The notes beneath the pieces are model-generated. The model had not been told where the DNA came from and did not search any database. It worked only from the letters and a program-made list of their open reading frames with translations. This document shows, piece after piece, positions 1-8,699 of a stretch of DNA of 64,000 nucleotides. The position numbers and the translations under genes are program-made. Location of the stretch: positions 3,678 through 67,677 of the forward strand of contig JABIQN010000001.1 of assembly GCA_018699395.1 (NCBI GenBank), read 5' to 3'. Each line of letters starts with the position of its first letter. Within the stretch, counting starts at the first letter, position 1. Source of the DNA: Gammaproteobacteria bacterium. Its GTDB lineage: Bacteria > Pseudomonadota > Gammaproteobacteria > Steroidobacterales > Woeseiaceae.

Positions 1-1
1 T

Positions 2-580
2 GAACGTGGTCAATGGGGCAGGTATTGGCTTATCGACCCGCTGGACGGTACTAAGGAGTTTGTCAGCCGGAACGGAGAATTCACTGTGAATATCGCACTG
101 ATAGATCACCAGGAACCGATTTTCGGCGTAGTTCACGTCCCCGTTCAAGGCATGACTTACATCGGCTGCAAAGGCTACGGTGCGGAGCGCCGGGATAGTA
201 ATGGCGGGCGAGAACCAATCAGTGTGTCACCTCACAGTTCGATTCCGGTTCGAGTCGTTGGTAGCCGCTCTCATCGAGATCCGAGTCTTGACTCATATCT
301 CGAGAATCTTGGCAATTGCGACATGATTCCAATGGGTAGTTCGCTCAAGTTTTGTGTTATTGCCGAGGGTGGTGCGGACCTTTATCCAAGACTTGGACTA
401 ACCTCCGAATGGGATACAGCAGCAGCCCAGGCTGTTGTAGAACAAGCCGGTGGAAGTGTCGTCACGCTTGATGGTAAACCTATGAAATATAATACGAAAG
501 AGAATATCCTAAACCCCCAATTTTTCGTCATTGGAGCCGCGGACCGAGACTGGTTGGCACTACTGCCTGACAGCGAGTAG
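2..580 (+). CDS. cysQ: 3'(2'),5'-bisphosphate nucleotidase CysQ, 5' end cut by window edge
   Basis: The frame is open from nt 2. The translation ERGQWGRYWLIDPLDGTKEFVSRNGEFTVNIALID carries the inositol-monophosphatase-family DPLDGTKEF motif, followed by GSSLKFC and WDTAA, colinear with E. coli CysQ. The listed start at 86 is an internal GTG. Confidence 0.9.
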   Translation, partial: ERGQWGRYWLIDPLDGTKEFVSRNGEFTVNIALIDHQEPIFGVVHVPVQGMTYIGCKGYGAERRDSNGGREPISVSPHSSIPVRVVGSRSHRDPSLDSYLENLGNCDMIPMGSSLKFCVIAEGGADLYPRLGLTSEWDTAAAQAVVEQAGGSVVTLDGKPMKYNTKENILNPQFFVIGAADRDWLALLPDSE

Positions 581-589
581 CATGACTAA

Positions 590-805
590 ATGACCGAGAG
601 AATTGACACTGAATCATTTAAGAAGCTCGACCAACTTCGAGAGCTCCGTGTCAGCCACAGGGACCTTAATTTCCTTATTGACCGACTCCAGCATGACCCC
701 ATGGTCGATCAACTTCACATTCGTCGACTCAAGAAACGGAAGTTACTCCTGAAGGATATGATTATAAATTTAGAGAGTGAATTGATCCCAGATCTGGATG
801 CCTAA
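590..805 (+). CDS. DUF465 (YdcH-like) small coiled-coil protein
   Basis: 71-aa ORF starting 10 nt after cysQ. It has a charged helical sequence with an HDPMVDQLHIRRLKKRKLLLKD pattern typical of DUF465 proteins. Confidence 0.6.
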   Translation: MTERIDTESFKKLDQLRELRVSHRDLNFLIDRLQHDPMVDQLHIRRLKKRKLLLKDMIINLESELIPDLDA

Positions 806-1018
806 GCCCAAGCATTAGATTGACTCCTGTCCTTGTCTCCATAGCAAGAACATCGCAGGAATGGCGACCATAGAGTCGCGCTCACCATACCGCCCAACAT
901 CGGTACAGTAATACTCCGTATGACTTCCAATCCGGTGTCGTTGCCAAACATTATCAGCAGTAAATCATCAATCGTCGTAATGGCCATCATCATGAGCGGG
1001 GTGATGCAAGAAAATCCG
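802..1018 (-). pseudogene. Relic of the C-terminus of a CusA/CzcA-type (HME) RND efflux pump
   Basis: The gap between DUF465 and trhO translates on the minus strand to ITPLMMMAITTIDDLLLIMFGNDTGLEVIRSITVPMLGGMVSATL. This is colinear with the last transmembrane segments of CusA-type pumps (recalled as RP..MT....I.GLLPI.WG.G.GSEV..RIAAPM.GGM). No upstream pump body is present, and the listed ORF start lies inside trhO. Confidence 0.45.
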
Positions 1019-1927
1019 TCAGGTTTTCGGCCCAATATGCTGACTTCCACGCTCAGCGGCTAGTCGCACTTGCTTTCGGCGCTCCTCAAGACGCAGCAGC
1101 CGGTCTTCATCAGCTTCATTGACGCATTGCGAGCAGGAAACACCTTCGCGGTAATCGGGCGACAACAGATCTGCGGTATTTAATGGGCGACGACAAGCAT
1201 GACACTGCACATATCCGCCCTCTGCGAGATCACGGTCGACAGCGACACGAGTATCAAAAACAAAGCACTCGCCGCTCCATTTATTCTCAGCGTCATCTAC
1301 TTCGGTCAGATAATTCAGAATTCCGCCCTGCAGGTGATAGACATCATCAAAACCAAGTTCGAGCATAAGCGCTGTCGCTTTTTCGCAGCGGATACCGCCT
1401 GTACAGAACATCGCAAGCGGACGATCCGTCGACTGTTCTGCAAGCTCTTTCGCAAAGTCCGGAAACTCTCGAAAACTGTCATTACCTGGATCGATAGCCC
1501 CTGGGAAAGTACCAACTTCAATTTCGTAGTGGTTGCGAGTGTCGATCACCAACACGCTTGGATCTGAGATCAGTTCGTTCCAACGCTCGACGCCTACGTG
1601 CTGGCCAGATCCCTTGTGCGGTAGAATATCCGGACGACCTAATGTAACAATTTCCTTCTTAACCCTTACCTGCATTTTTCGAAATGGCGCTTCGTCTGAC
1701 TCAGTCCAACGTGCGTCGAGCTCCTCATCGATATTGAATCGAGCGCGAATCCAGTCCATAACTATACGAACCGCCGATTCGCGGCCGGCCAGGGTGCCAT
1801 TAAATCCTTCCGTGGCAACGAGTATCGTACCAAGCAAGCACTGCTCGTCGCAGAGTTTCTTGAGTTGATCTCGAAATGAGTCCAAGTTCTCGATATCCAG
1901 GAACCGATATAGCGATACTATTTTCAT
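1019..1927 (-). CDS. trhO: Rhodanese-domain tRNA uridine(34) hydroxylase TrhO (YceA/UPF0176)
   Basis: 302 aa with a rhodanese active-site loop CTGGIRCEK and a C-terminal Cys cluster (CHACRRP...CSQC), the YceA architecture. It starts 8 nt downstream of plsB. Confidence 0.85.
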   Translation of the reverse strand: MKIVSLYRFLDIENLDSFRDQLKKLCDEQCLLGTILVATEGFNGTLAGRESAVRIVMDWIRARFNIDEELDARWTESDEAPFRKMQVRVKKEIVTLGRPDILPHKGSGQHVGVERWNELISDPSVLVIDTRNHYEIEVGTFPGAIDPGNDSFREFPDFAKELAEQSTDRPLAMFCTGGIRCEKATALMLELGFDDVYHLQGGILNYLTEVDDAENKWSGECFVFDTRVAVDRDLAEGGYVQCHACRRPLNTADLLSPDYREGVSCSQCVNEADEDRLLRLEERRKQVRLAAERGSQHIGPKT

Positions 1928-1935
1928 AGTCTTTT

Positions 1936-4461
1936 CTATTCAGAAACCGTGAGTGACAAGATGCTATGACGAATTTCCTCACCGAGTACTAAGCTCGCAT
2001 CTACACCGATACTCGTCAGACCCTCGTCAAATTCGATGAGTCCATCTGAGTTACGCCGAAGCACCTCGAGGTCCTGCAGGGTACGTATGAAATCATGAAA
2101 TAAGGTCTTGTCAAAGAAATCCGGTGAGTGAAGGCCGTAGATCATCGACAGGCGCTCGGCACTTTGCTCGCACATGCCTTCAAGTCGGGCGCGGGACAAT
2201 ACGCCTGAACCATTGCCGATCAAAATCGCGACAACAAGATAAAAGCGTTGCAGCATCGGCACCATCGACTGGCCGAGCATGAGCAATTGAAATGCCTCCG
2301 CAGAGCCTGCCGGTGGTCGTATGAGGTCCTTCCTTCTACTGCCATAGGTCAAGATATCGAGATCAATCAGTGACTTGATCGCATCTGTCGTCACCCTATC
2401 CGTATCGTCCTGCCCCCACTTCAAACACAGTTCTTTCTTCATAAATGGATAAATCAGACGAATCAGTCGCTGCAGCTCCTTATGCTCCAGCTGTCGGCCC
2501 TGAATAAAACAGCACGCGACTGAAGCTGGTACTGCGAATAAATGCAGTATGTTATTCCGAAAGTAGGTCATCAGAACAGCGGTCCGCTCGGTCATGTGAA
2601 TGACCTCGCCCATCGGATGGATGGAGCGACTGATCACCTTAAGTTTTTCACCGTGCAGAATGATCTGGTCAGCACTCCAGTCCGGCAGAGTGACGGAGTC
2701 AGAGTACTTGAAGCGATGCAGAAGCCTGAGACTGACCTTCAGCTGTCTGCGTAGCTCATCCAGCCCGATCGTTTGCCTGGGCGTGGCGAGCAAAACATAG
2801 GCAAGCAGACTAATCGGCGTCACTGCAGCAGCTGAGTTGATGCCCTGCATAATTTGGCCGCCGAGCTCATCTACAATGCCAGTAAGCCATGGTGGTCGAT
2901 CGCCATTCTCCGACTCATATTCACGCCACTCGGGATACAGCCGATCGAGTATCGGCTCAAGTGCGATTGGCTCCGCAATATTGACGTATACCTTACCAAA
3001 CTGATCTCGAAGCGACTTAATGGAGCTAAATAATCCGCCAATCGATTCTTTTTTCTTCTTAGCGCCACCAAGCTCGTTGATAAAGGAATTGCCTTCTATC
3101 AGTTTCTCGTATCCAAAGTAGATGGGTACGAAAACAATCGGGCGCTGCGGACTTTTAATGTAAGAATTGATCGTCATTATGAGCATGCCGCCTTTGGGCG
3201 CCAAAAGTCGCCCCGTGCGGCTGCGACCACCTTCGACGAAATATTCCATCGAATAGCCCTTGACGAGAATCTGATTGATGTACGCATAAAACACCGCCGC
3301 GTATAGACGATTCCCCTTGAAGCTGCGACGCAGAAAAAATGCGCCACCACGGCGCAGAATGCCGCCGACTAAGGGCATATTAAGATTGATGCCTGCGGCC
3401 ACATGTGGAAGATGCAGGCCTTCTTCATAGGTAACATAGCCAAGCAACAGATAGTCGATGTGACTGCGGTGACATGGTACGTAAATGACTTCCTTATTCT
3501 TGGCGACGTCGTGAAGTCGCTCCATATGGTTAACTTCCACACCGTCGTAGATGCGATTCCAAAGCCACCCCAAAAAACGAATGAGAATACGGATTGTCGG
3601 ATAGGAAATGTCTGCAGCGATCTCGAGCGCATATTTTTCTGCTTTGCGTCTCGCGATCTCTTGCCTGCGATAGTCATCGCCCGCCTCAGCGTCGATAACA
3701 CGGCGTACTGTAGGTGCCTGCAACACCTGCTTTACGAGCGTGCGGCGATGAGATAAATCCGGTCCGACTGTCGCGGTTCTGCGTTGTCGAAAATGCACAC
3801 GAAGGATTCTGGATGCTTTTCGAAACGCGACATTCGAATTGATATCGCCCGTACATATCGAACGGATAGGCAATGCGTAGCTAAAACGAAGCAAAGTGTT
3901 TCGTCCATGCAGCAGCGTTACAAAGAGTTTTCTCGTTCTTCCAATGATGTCCCAGTTTTCGGACAACATCAGCTTGAAGACCGAACGCTCTTTCTCTGGA
4001 GACCGGCCCCAATAGATCGCAACTGGGATCAGCAATAGTTCCTGGCTACAGTTCTCGGCGCCTTCTACCAGCCGCTTGAGCCGGCGCGAGCCGCTCATTT
4101 GCGGATAGCGGAACCAGAAGCCCTCCAGTTGCCGCATGATAATTAAGCGGTTTACCTCACGAACACCACAGAAATCGAATGATTTGGTTGGTGAAGGCAT
4201 GCCGTGTATCGCACAGGCCCGCTCCAAAGCAAGCACGTCGGTCAGGCCACCCGTCTCTAGGACATAGCAAACAGCCGCGTCGCTATCGGTTAAGAGCTCG
4301 GCAGGAACTTCGGGCTGGATCGCGGGGCGCGCCCAACTCGAGAACACCTTCCCGGATGCCCAATACAGCGGGCGAAGAATGAATCCTGCGATGTTCATGG
4401 CGGACAATTCTACCCAAAAGATGGCCCCTGCAGACCGTTGACTTTTAAGAAAATTAGGCAT
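1936..4461 (-). CDS. plsB: Glycerol-3-phosphate 1-O-acyltransferase PlsB
   Basis: 841 aa with the acyltransferase HX4D block VPCHRSHIDYLLL plus FFLRRSFKGN and YFVEGGRSRTGR, colinear with E. coli PlsB. The true start could be the internal Met at 4398. Confidence 0.93.
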   Translation of the reverse strand: MPNFLKSQRSAGAIFWVELSAMNIAGFILRPLYWASGKVFSSWARPAIQPEVPAELLTDSDAAVCYVLETGGLTDVLALERACAIHGMPSPTKSFDFCGVREVNRLIIMRQLEGFWFRYPQMSGSRRLKRLVEGAENCSQELLLIPVAIYWGRSPEKERSVFKLMLSENWDIIGRTRKLFVTLLHGRNTLLRFSYALPIRSICTGDINSNVAFRKASRILRVHFRQRRTATVGPDLSHRRTLVKQVLQAPTVRRVIDAEAGDDYRRQEIARRKAEKYALEIAADISYPTIRILIRFLGWLWNRIYDGVEVNHMERLHDVAKNKEVIYVPCHRSHIDYLLLGYVTYEEGLHLPHVAAGINLNMPLVGGILRRGGAFFLRRSFKGNRLYAAVFYAYINQILVKGYSMEYFVEGGRSRTGRLLAPKGGMLIMTINSYIKSPQRPIVFVPIYFGYEKLIEGNSFINELGGAKKKKESIGGLFSSIKSLRDQFGKVYVNIAEPIALEPILDRLYPEWREYESENGDRPPWLTGIVDELGGQIMQGINSAAAVTPISLLAYVLLATPRQTIGLDELRRQLKVSLRLLHRFKYSDSVTLPDWSADQIILHGEKLKVISRSIHPMGEVIHMTERTAVLMTYFRNNILHLFAVPASVACCFIQGRQLEHKELQRLIRLIYPFMKKELCLKWGQDDTDRVTTDAIKSLIDLDILTYGSRRKDLIRPPAGSAEAFQLLMLGQSMVPMLQRFYLVVAILIGNGSGVLSRARLEGMCEQSAERLSMIYGLHSPDFFDKTLFHDFIRTLQDLEVLRRNSDGLIEFDEGLTSIGVDASLVLGEEIRHSILSLTVSE

Positions 4462-4688
4462 CGTAAATGCCGTACTCTCTATTCTTCGCCGACGGTGAAC
4501 TTACAGGTCGCGATATGAGCCTGCTCGACTCGATGACAGACGAAAAAAGGGCTGAAGTGATATTCATTCACATGAATCACACAAGCCCTTCATGAATCAA
4601 CGGCAGTCCGCGACAAGTAGAAGTTGAACGTCGCGGGCATCGAATCGCCCGCAAAGGATTGCGCTTACCGCTATAGCTTTGGCACCGC

Positions 4689-4916
4689 TTAGTCGCTCGT
4701 TGCGCCTTCTGCACCTTCAGCTGCGTCATGCGTACCGTCTGCAGCTTCTTCGACGATGCTTCCTGCCGATTCAGCCATCTCTTCTGCTACGTCTGCTACG
4801 TCTGCTACGTCTGCTACGTCTGCTACGTCTGCTACGTCTGCCGCAGTATCCGCTGAATCATTACCGCCGCATGCGAACAGAGTCAGACTCGCAAGTAAGA
4901 TTAGTGATTGCTTCAT
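4689..4916 (-). CDS. Small, extremely acidic lipoprotein with (DVA)n repeat
   Basis: Signal peptide MKQSLILLASLTLFAC with lipobox LFAC. The 59-aa mature part has no Lys or Arg and many Asp/Glu. It contains the 9-bp tandem repeat. Confidence 0.6.
   Translation of the reverse strand: MKQSLILLASLTLFACGGNDSADTAADVADVADVADVADVADVAEEMAESAGSIVEEAADGTHDAAEGAEGATSD
4783..4845. repeat. 9-bp tandem repeat tctgctacg: 6 perfect copies plus 1 degenerate
   Basis: Direct reading gives perfect units at 4783, 4792, 4801, 4810, 4819 and 4828, followed by the degenerate unit tctgccgca. The repeat is in frame in the minus-strand lipoprotein and encodes DVADVADVADVADVADVA. Confidence 0.95.
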
Positions 4917-4938
4917 TGCTTTCTCCCTTAAATGTTCA

Positions 4939-5439
4939 TTAGTTACTGATTCTTATCAAAAATTGTCTTAAATATCCATTAATCTGGTCAATGTTGCTCG
5001 TTAACCGATGATCCCCGTTCACCAGGTGTAGCGTCGCAGAACACTCACGCGCGTAACGAATACTATTCTCGACCGGCACAACATCATCATGCCAGCCATG
5101 CACAATGCAAATCGGCATAGTTGGTGGTGGCGGTGTCAGTTCCTCATAGCCTTCCATGAAGTAGGCTGGCGCTAATACAAACAATCCTGCGGCGCCTAGG
5201 GACTCTGCCGCTGCTGTCGCGACGTGACCGCCCATACTGGAACCGACCAGGATCAACGAATCGTCGATATTTGAACATTCGCATATGAGCTTCTCCACAC
5301 GCTCCATCGGATCGGCGATGCCTTGATAATCAATACTGTCGACGCCGCAACCATACTTCTTCATAACATCCGACATTGCTCGAATCTTGGTTCCCCAGGG
5401 TCCGCTTTCTTGACCGTGGGAGAAAATTACCATGGTCAT
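4939..5439 (-). CDS. Alpha/beta-fold hydrolase (YqiA-like esterase family)
   Basis: 166 aa with nucleophile elbow GSSMGG and late HGWHDDVVP and GDHRL motifs, consistent with a Ser-Asp-His triad. Confidence 0.6.
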   Translation of the reverse strand: MTMVIFSHGQESGPWGTKIRAMSDVMKKYGCGVDSIDYQGIADPMERVEKLICECSNIDDSLILVGSSMGGHVATAAAESLGAAGLFVLAPAYFMEGYEELTPPPPTMPICIVHGWHDDVVPVENSIRYARECSATLHLVNGDHRLTSNIDQINGYLRQFLIRISN

Positions 5440-5494
5440 ACGATTACTCCATCCCTATCTGACTGCTTCGAAAAGCAATTCTTAAGCCTGACCG

Positions 5495-6307
5495 TCACCC
5501 CCAAGTCTTTTTACAGGTCGGGTTCTTGCCGTCTGCCAAAGCCTGATTGTAGATAGGAAGCGTTTTTTGCCATTGCGAAATAAGATTTTCGATTCGGGTT
5601 TCACTTGCAGGGTGAGTCGACAAATGCTCTGGTGGCTTCTTGCCACCCAACGCCGCCATGTTCTGCCACAAATCGACGGCCGCACGTGGATCAAAACCCG
5701 CTTTGGCCATGTACTCGAGCCCGACAATGTCCGCCTCCGATTCCTGGCCCCGGCCCATTGGTAGTTCCATGCCCAACGCCGCACCTGCACTCATGACTTG
5801 TTGTGCGGTATATGCACCACCGGTGTAACCACCACCCATGATGATCGCCAATGCTTCAATACCAATTTGGGTGAGCGTCCCGCGTGAGGCACGCTCATTC
5901 ACATGCTTCGCAGTTACATGCGCGATTTCGTGGCCGATAACCGCTGCGAGTTGATGTTCATTTTCAGTGACGTCGAGAATGCCCGTATACACGCCGATCT
6001 TGCCGCCAGGCATGGCGAATGCATTAACTTGATTTTGTTCAAATATCGCGAGCTCCCACTCAAAATCGCTGTACGGTGGGTCAAGTTCAGCAACAACAGC
6101 TCCTGCGACACAAGCGACAAAATCGATTTTCGCGCGATCAGTGGTCAGCGGCAGCGTTGCCCGGTACGCGTTAAATGTCGATCGAGCTTGTGCCTCGAGC
6201 TCTGCGTTGGACTTTAAGATTAGCTGTCCGCGGCCAGTCGGTGACGTAGAGCAGGATATGATAAAAAGCGTAAAAACTAATATTATCAATAATTTAGAAC
6301 GGACCAT
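5495..6307 (-). CDS. M48-family zinc metallopeptidase lipoprotein
   Basis: Signal peptide with lipobox IISC, HEIAHV (HExxH) zinc motif and a downstream ESEAD glutamate ligand region. Confidence 0.8.
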   Translation of the reverse strand: MVRSKLLIILVFTLFIISCSTSPTGRGQLILKSNAELEAQARSTFNAYRATLPLTTDRAKIDFVACVAGAVVAELDPPYSDFEWELAIFEQNQVNAFAMPGGKIGVYTGILDVTENEHQLAAVIGHEIAHVTAKHVNERASRGTLTQIGIEALAIIMGGGYTGGAYTAQQVMSAGAALGMELPMGRGQESEADIVGLEYMAKAGFDPRAAVDLWQNMAALGGKKPPEHLSTHPASETRIENLISQWQKTLPIYNQALADGKNPTCKKTWG

Positions 6308-6421
6308 GCTCTTCTACTCCTTACCCGATAAGGCTCTTTATATCCGGCGATTATAACGCTCTCGAGCGCCAATGGCTTCGTCATTGATTCGACCACGAGC
6401 GGATACTTCAGTTCCACACTC

Positions 6422-7441
6422 TCAGCGCGGTAGACGAGACTCGAACTTCTGGCGCCAGCCCGCTGCGTCAGCTTTTTGAAAGGCGCTGTCGATGCCACCC
6501 ATCAAGCGCTTTTGCAGCGGTTGTTTAATCTTGTATGTCACTAAGTAGATGTCGCGTGTAGTCGCACGCGTACTTAGTAATTCATCGCTTGTCTGAATAT
6601 GATCGGCTAGTCCGATCCCCAAGGCGCGAGTTCCATACCAGTGTTCGCCCGTTGCGATTTTCTCGAGGTCCATGTCAGGCCTGTAGGCAGCCACGGCATC
6701 CTTGAAGAGCGTGTGCACGTCTTCTAGCTCTTCTTTCAGCTTGGCTCTATCTTCGTCCGTGTTTTCACCGAACATGGTTACGCTGCGTTTATGCTTACCC
6801 GCCGTAACCTGCTCAAAATCAACGCCGTGACTGTCTAACAAGCGATTAAAATTCGGTATCTGCGCAAGCACGCCGATAGACCCAAGTATCGCAAACGGTG
6901 CTGCATGAATTTCTGTTGCAACGCAGGCCATTAGGTAACCACCACTCGCAGCCACTTTGTCTACACACACGGTCAATGGAATATTGTGATCGCGTATACG
7001 GACGAGCTGCGATGCCGCGAGACCATGCTCGTGCACAACGCCACCGTGATTCTCAAGACGCATAATCACTTCATCGTCGGATGTCGCCACATCCAGAATC
7101 GCACTGACCTCCTCCCGCAGCGAGGGAACGGCGCTCGCCTTCAGGTCACCCTTGAAGTCGATGACAAAGCTGCGTGGTCGTATCGACGCGTCTTTGGCGG
7201 CAGCCTTATTCTTTTTCTTTTTCTCTTTAGCCGCTTTCTTCTGCTGATCTTTGCTCGACACAGCTATTCGTAAAGCCTCAACCAGAAACTCATGTTTCTC
7301 GTTAAGGTTTTCGACCTCCAGACCTTCATGCGCACCCTTACGTCCTGCCGAGGCAGCGACCACGATGACGGCGATAATACCTACAACTACAGTAATTACT
7401 TTGAGCAGGAATAATCCGTACTCCACTAGAAATTCAATCAT
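6422..7441 (-). CDS. sohB: S49-family protease SohB
   Basis: N-terminal TM helix, Lys-rich linker and a ClpP/S49 fold with [11 protein letters not shown]. The length and layout match SohB. An ATGA overlap joins it to the lipA stop. Confidence 0.8.
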   Translation of the reverse strand: MIEFLVEYGLFLLKVITVVVGIIAVIVVAASAGRKGAHEGLEVENLNEKHEFLVEALRIAVSSKDQQKKAAKEKKKKNKAAAKDASIRPRSFVIDFKGDLKASAVPSLREEVSAILDVATSDDEVIMRLENHGGVVHEHGLAASQLVRIRDHNIPLTVCVDKVAASGGYLMACVATEIHAAPFAILGSIGVLAQIPNFNRLLDSHGVDFEQVTAGKHKRSVTMFGENTDEDRAKLKEELEDVHTLFKDAVAAYRPDMDLEKIATGEHWYGTRALGIGLADHIQTSDELLSTRATTRDIYLVTYKIKQPLQKRLMGGIDSAFQKADAAGWRQKFESRLPR

Positions 7442-8457
7442 ATTGCGATGCCAACGTTATTTTTTTGTAAGACCTGTTCGGCCCGATAGCTCGAGCGCAC
7501 CATCGGCCCGGCGACTACTTCCATGAAGCCCTTCTCTAGTCCTTCAGCACGATAGGCCTCAAACTCTTCCGGCGTAACGTAACGCTCTATAGCGAGATGG
7601 TGTGGGGTCGGTCGCAAGTACTGACCAAGCGTCAGAATGTCGACATTCGCCGTTCTGAGATCATCCATCGTTTGCATTATTTCATCATCTTTCTCGCCGA
7701 GTCCGAGCATCAGGCTCGTTTTAGTGAGCACATCCGGACGATACGCCTTCGCGTGACGCAGTACTTCGATCGTCTGCTCATAACTCGCGCGCGGATCGCG
7801 TACAGGGTGTGTTAGACGCTTCACTGTTTCGACGTTTTGGGCGAAAACCTCCAGACCTGAATCAACCACCAGTTCAACGTGCTCCCGAACGCCGTTGAAG
7901 TCAGGTGTCAGAGCCTCGACAGCCGTATTTGGATTGAGCTTCTTGATCTCCTGAACGCAGGCTGCGTAATGCGACGCTCCGCCATCGGCCAGATCGTCGC
8001 GATCAACTGATGTAATCACAACATACTCAAGTCCCATGAGCTCGACCGCCTTCGCCGAATTCCTGGGCTCTTGCGCATCCAGCCAACCTTTCGGATTACC
8101 GGTGTCCACAGCGCAGAAACGGCAGGCTCTCGTGCAAACCGAACCCATGACCATGATCGTCGCCGTACCGGCGTTCCAGCACTCTCCGATATTTGGACAC
8201 ATGGACTCCTCACAGACCGTACTCAAACGATGCTCATGCACAATCTTCCGAGTATTCGAATAACCCGATCCTGACGGCATTTTCGCGCGCAGCCATTTCG
8301 GCTTATCGCCACGCACCATCGGCTTGCTATTACGACGCTGTTTTTGGCCGTTCTTGACGGCCGAAAAACCTGCATCAGTCTGGTATTTCTCGCCGCTTTT
8401 AACCTGTCCGGTCTGGACTATAGGTATGCCGCGAAATAACTTATCATCGTTGCTCAT
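7438..8457 (-). CDS. lipA: Lipoyl synthase
   Basis: Auxiliary cluster motif [12 protein letters not shown] and radical-SAM motif CTRACRFC. Confidence 0.93.
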   Translation of the reverse strand: MSNDDKLFRGIPIVQTGQVKSGEKYQTDAGFSAVKNGQKQRRNSKPMVRGDKPKWLRAKMPSGSGYSNTRKIVHEHRLSTVCEESMCPNIGECWNAGTATIMVMGSVCTRACRFCAVDTGNPKGWLDAQEPRNSAKAVELMGLEYVVITSVDRDDLADGGASHYAACVQEIKKLNPNTAVEALTPDFNGVREHVELVVDSGLEVFAQNVETVKRLTHPVRDPRASYEQTIEVLRHAKAYRPDVLTKTSLMLGLGEKDDEIMQTMDDLRTANVDILTLGQYLRPTPHHLAIERYVTPEEFEAYRAEGLEKGFMEVVAGPMVRSSYRAEQVLQKNNVGIAI

Positions 8458-8699
8458 GCGTCAGCCAGAGGGCCATGCGTTGGGACACGCATTGTCGCAT
8501 AAATGGGTGCCGACTCAATAATTCAGAATCGAGTAATCCATAAAAATTTAGCATAAGTCACATTCAACTTGATTCTGAAGTAAAATTTCGCCTTAGGCGC
8601 CATCGTCCATAAATTTGAGCCGCTAGCATATTTAACATGGCCGTCAACTTGCTGAATCTTCAGTAGAGCTTAAAGGCAAGACACACGGAAATTGAATAA

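Noticed and set aside
241-260. T-loop-like ggttcgagtc, considered as a possible tRNA; I also scanned the window more generally for tRNA and rRNA.
   Set aside because: It lies inside the cysQ reading frame with no acceptor or anticodon stems around it. I saw no convincing cloverleaf or rRNA-like segment anywhere in the window.
1183-1868. ORFs 1183-1368, 1199-1567, 1315-1521 and 1533-1868 inside the trhO region.
   Set aside because: These are shadow ORFs overlapping a well-supported rhodanese/YceA gene, with low-complexity Arg/Ser-rich translations. The same reasoning applies to the many other 60-150-aa ORFs nested in plsB, batD, icd, fdsA, hydA, ctaD and others.
4679-4971. Plus-strand ORFs 4679-4942 and 4756-4971 with striking LLRLLRLLR / ATSATSATS repeats.
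   Set aside because: They are alternative-frame and opposite-strand readings of the same 9-bp tandem repeat. The minus-strand frame has a proper lipoprotein signal and lipobox, while these have no start context or recognisable features.
8522-8579. 9-bp inverted repeat ttcagaatc ... gattctgaa in the lipA / OmpA-family divergent region.
   Set aside because: The arms are 40 nt apart and this is the only occurrence in the window. It could be an operator or chance, and the evidence is insufficient to call a site.
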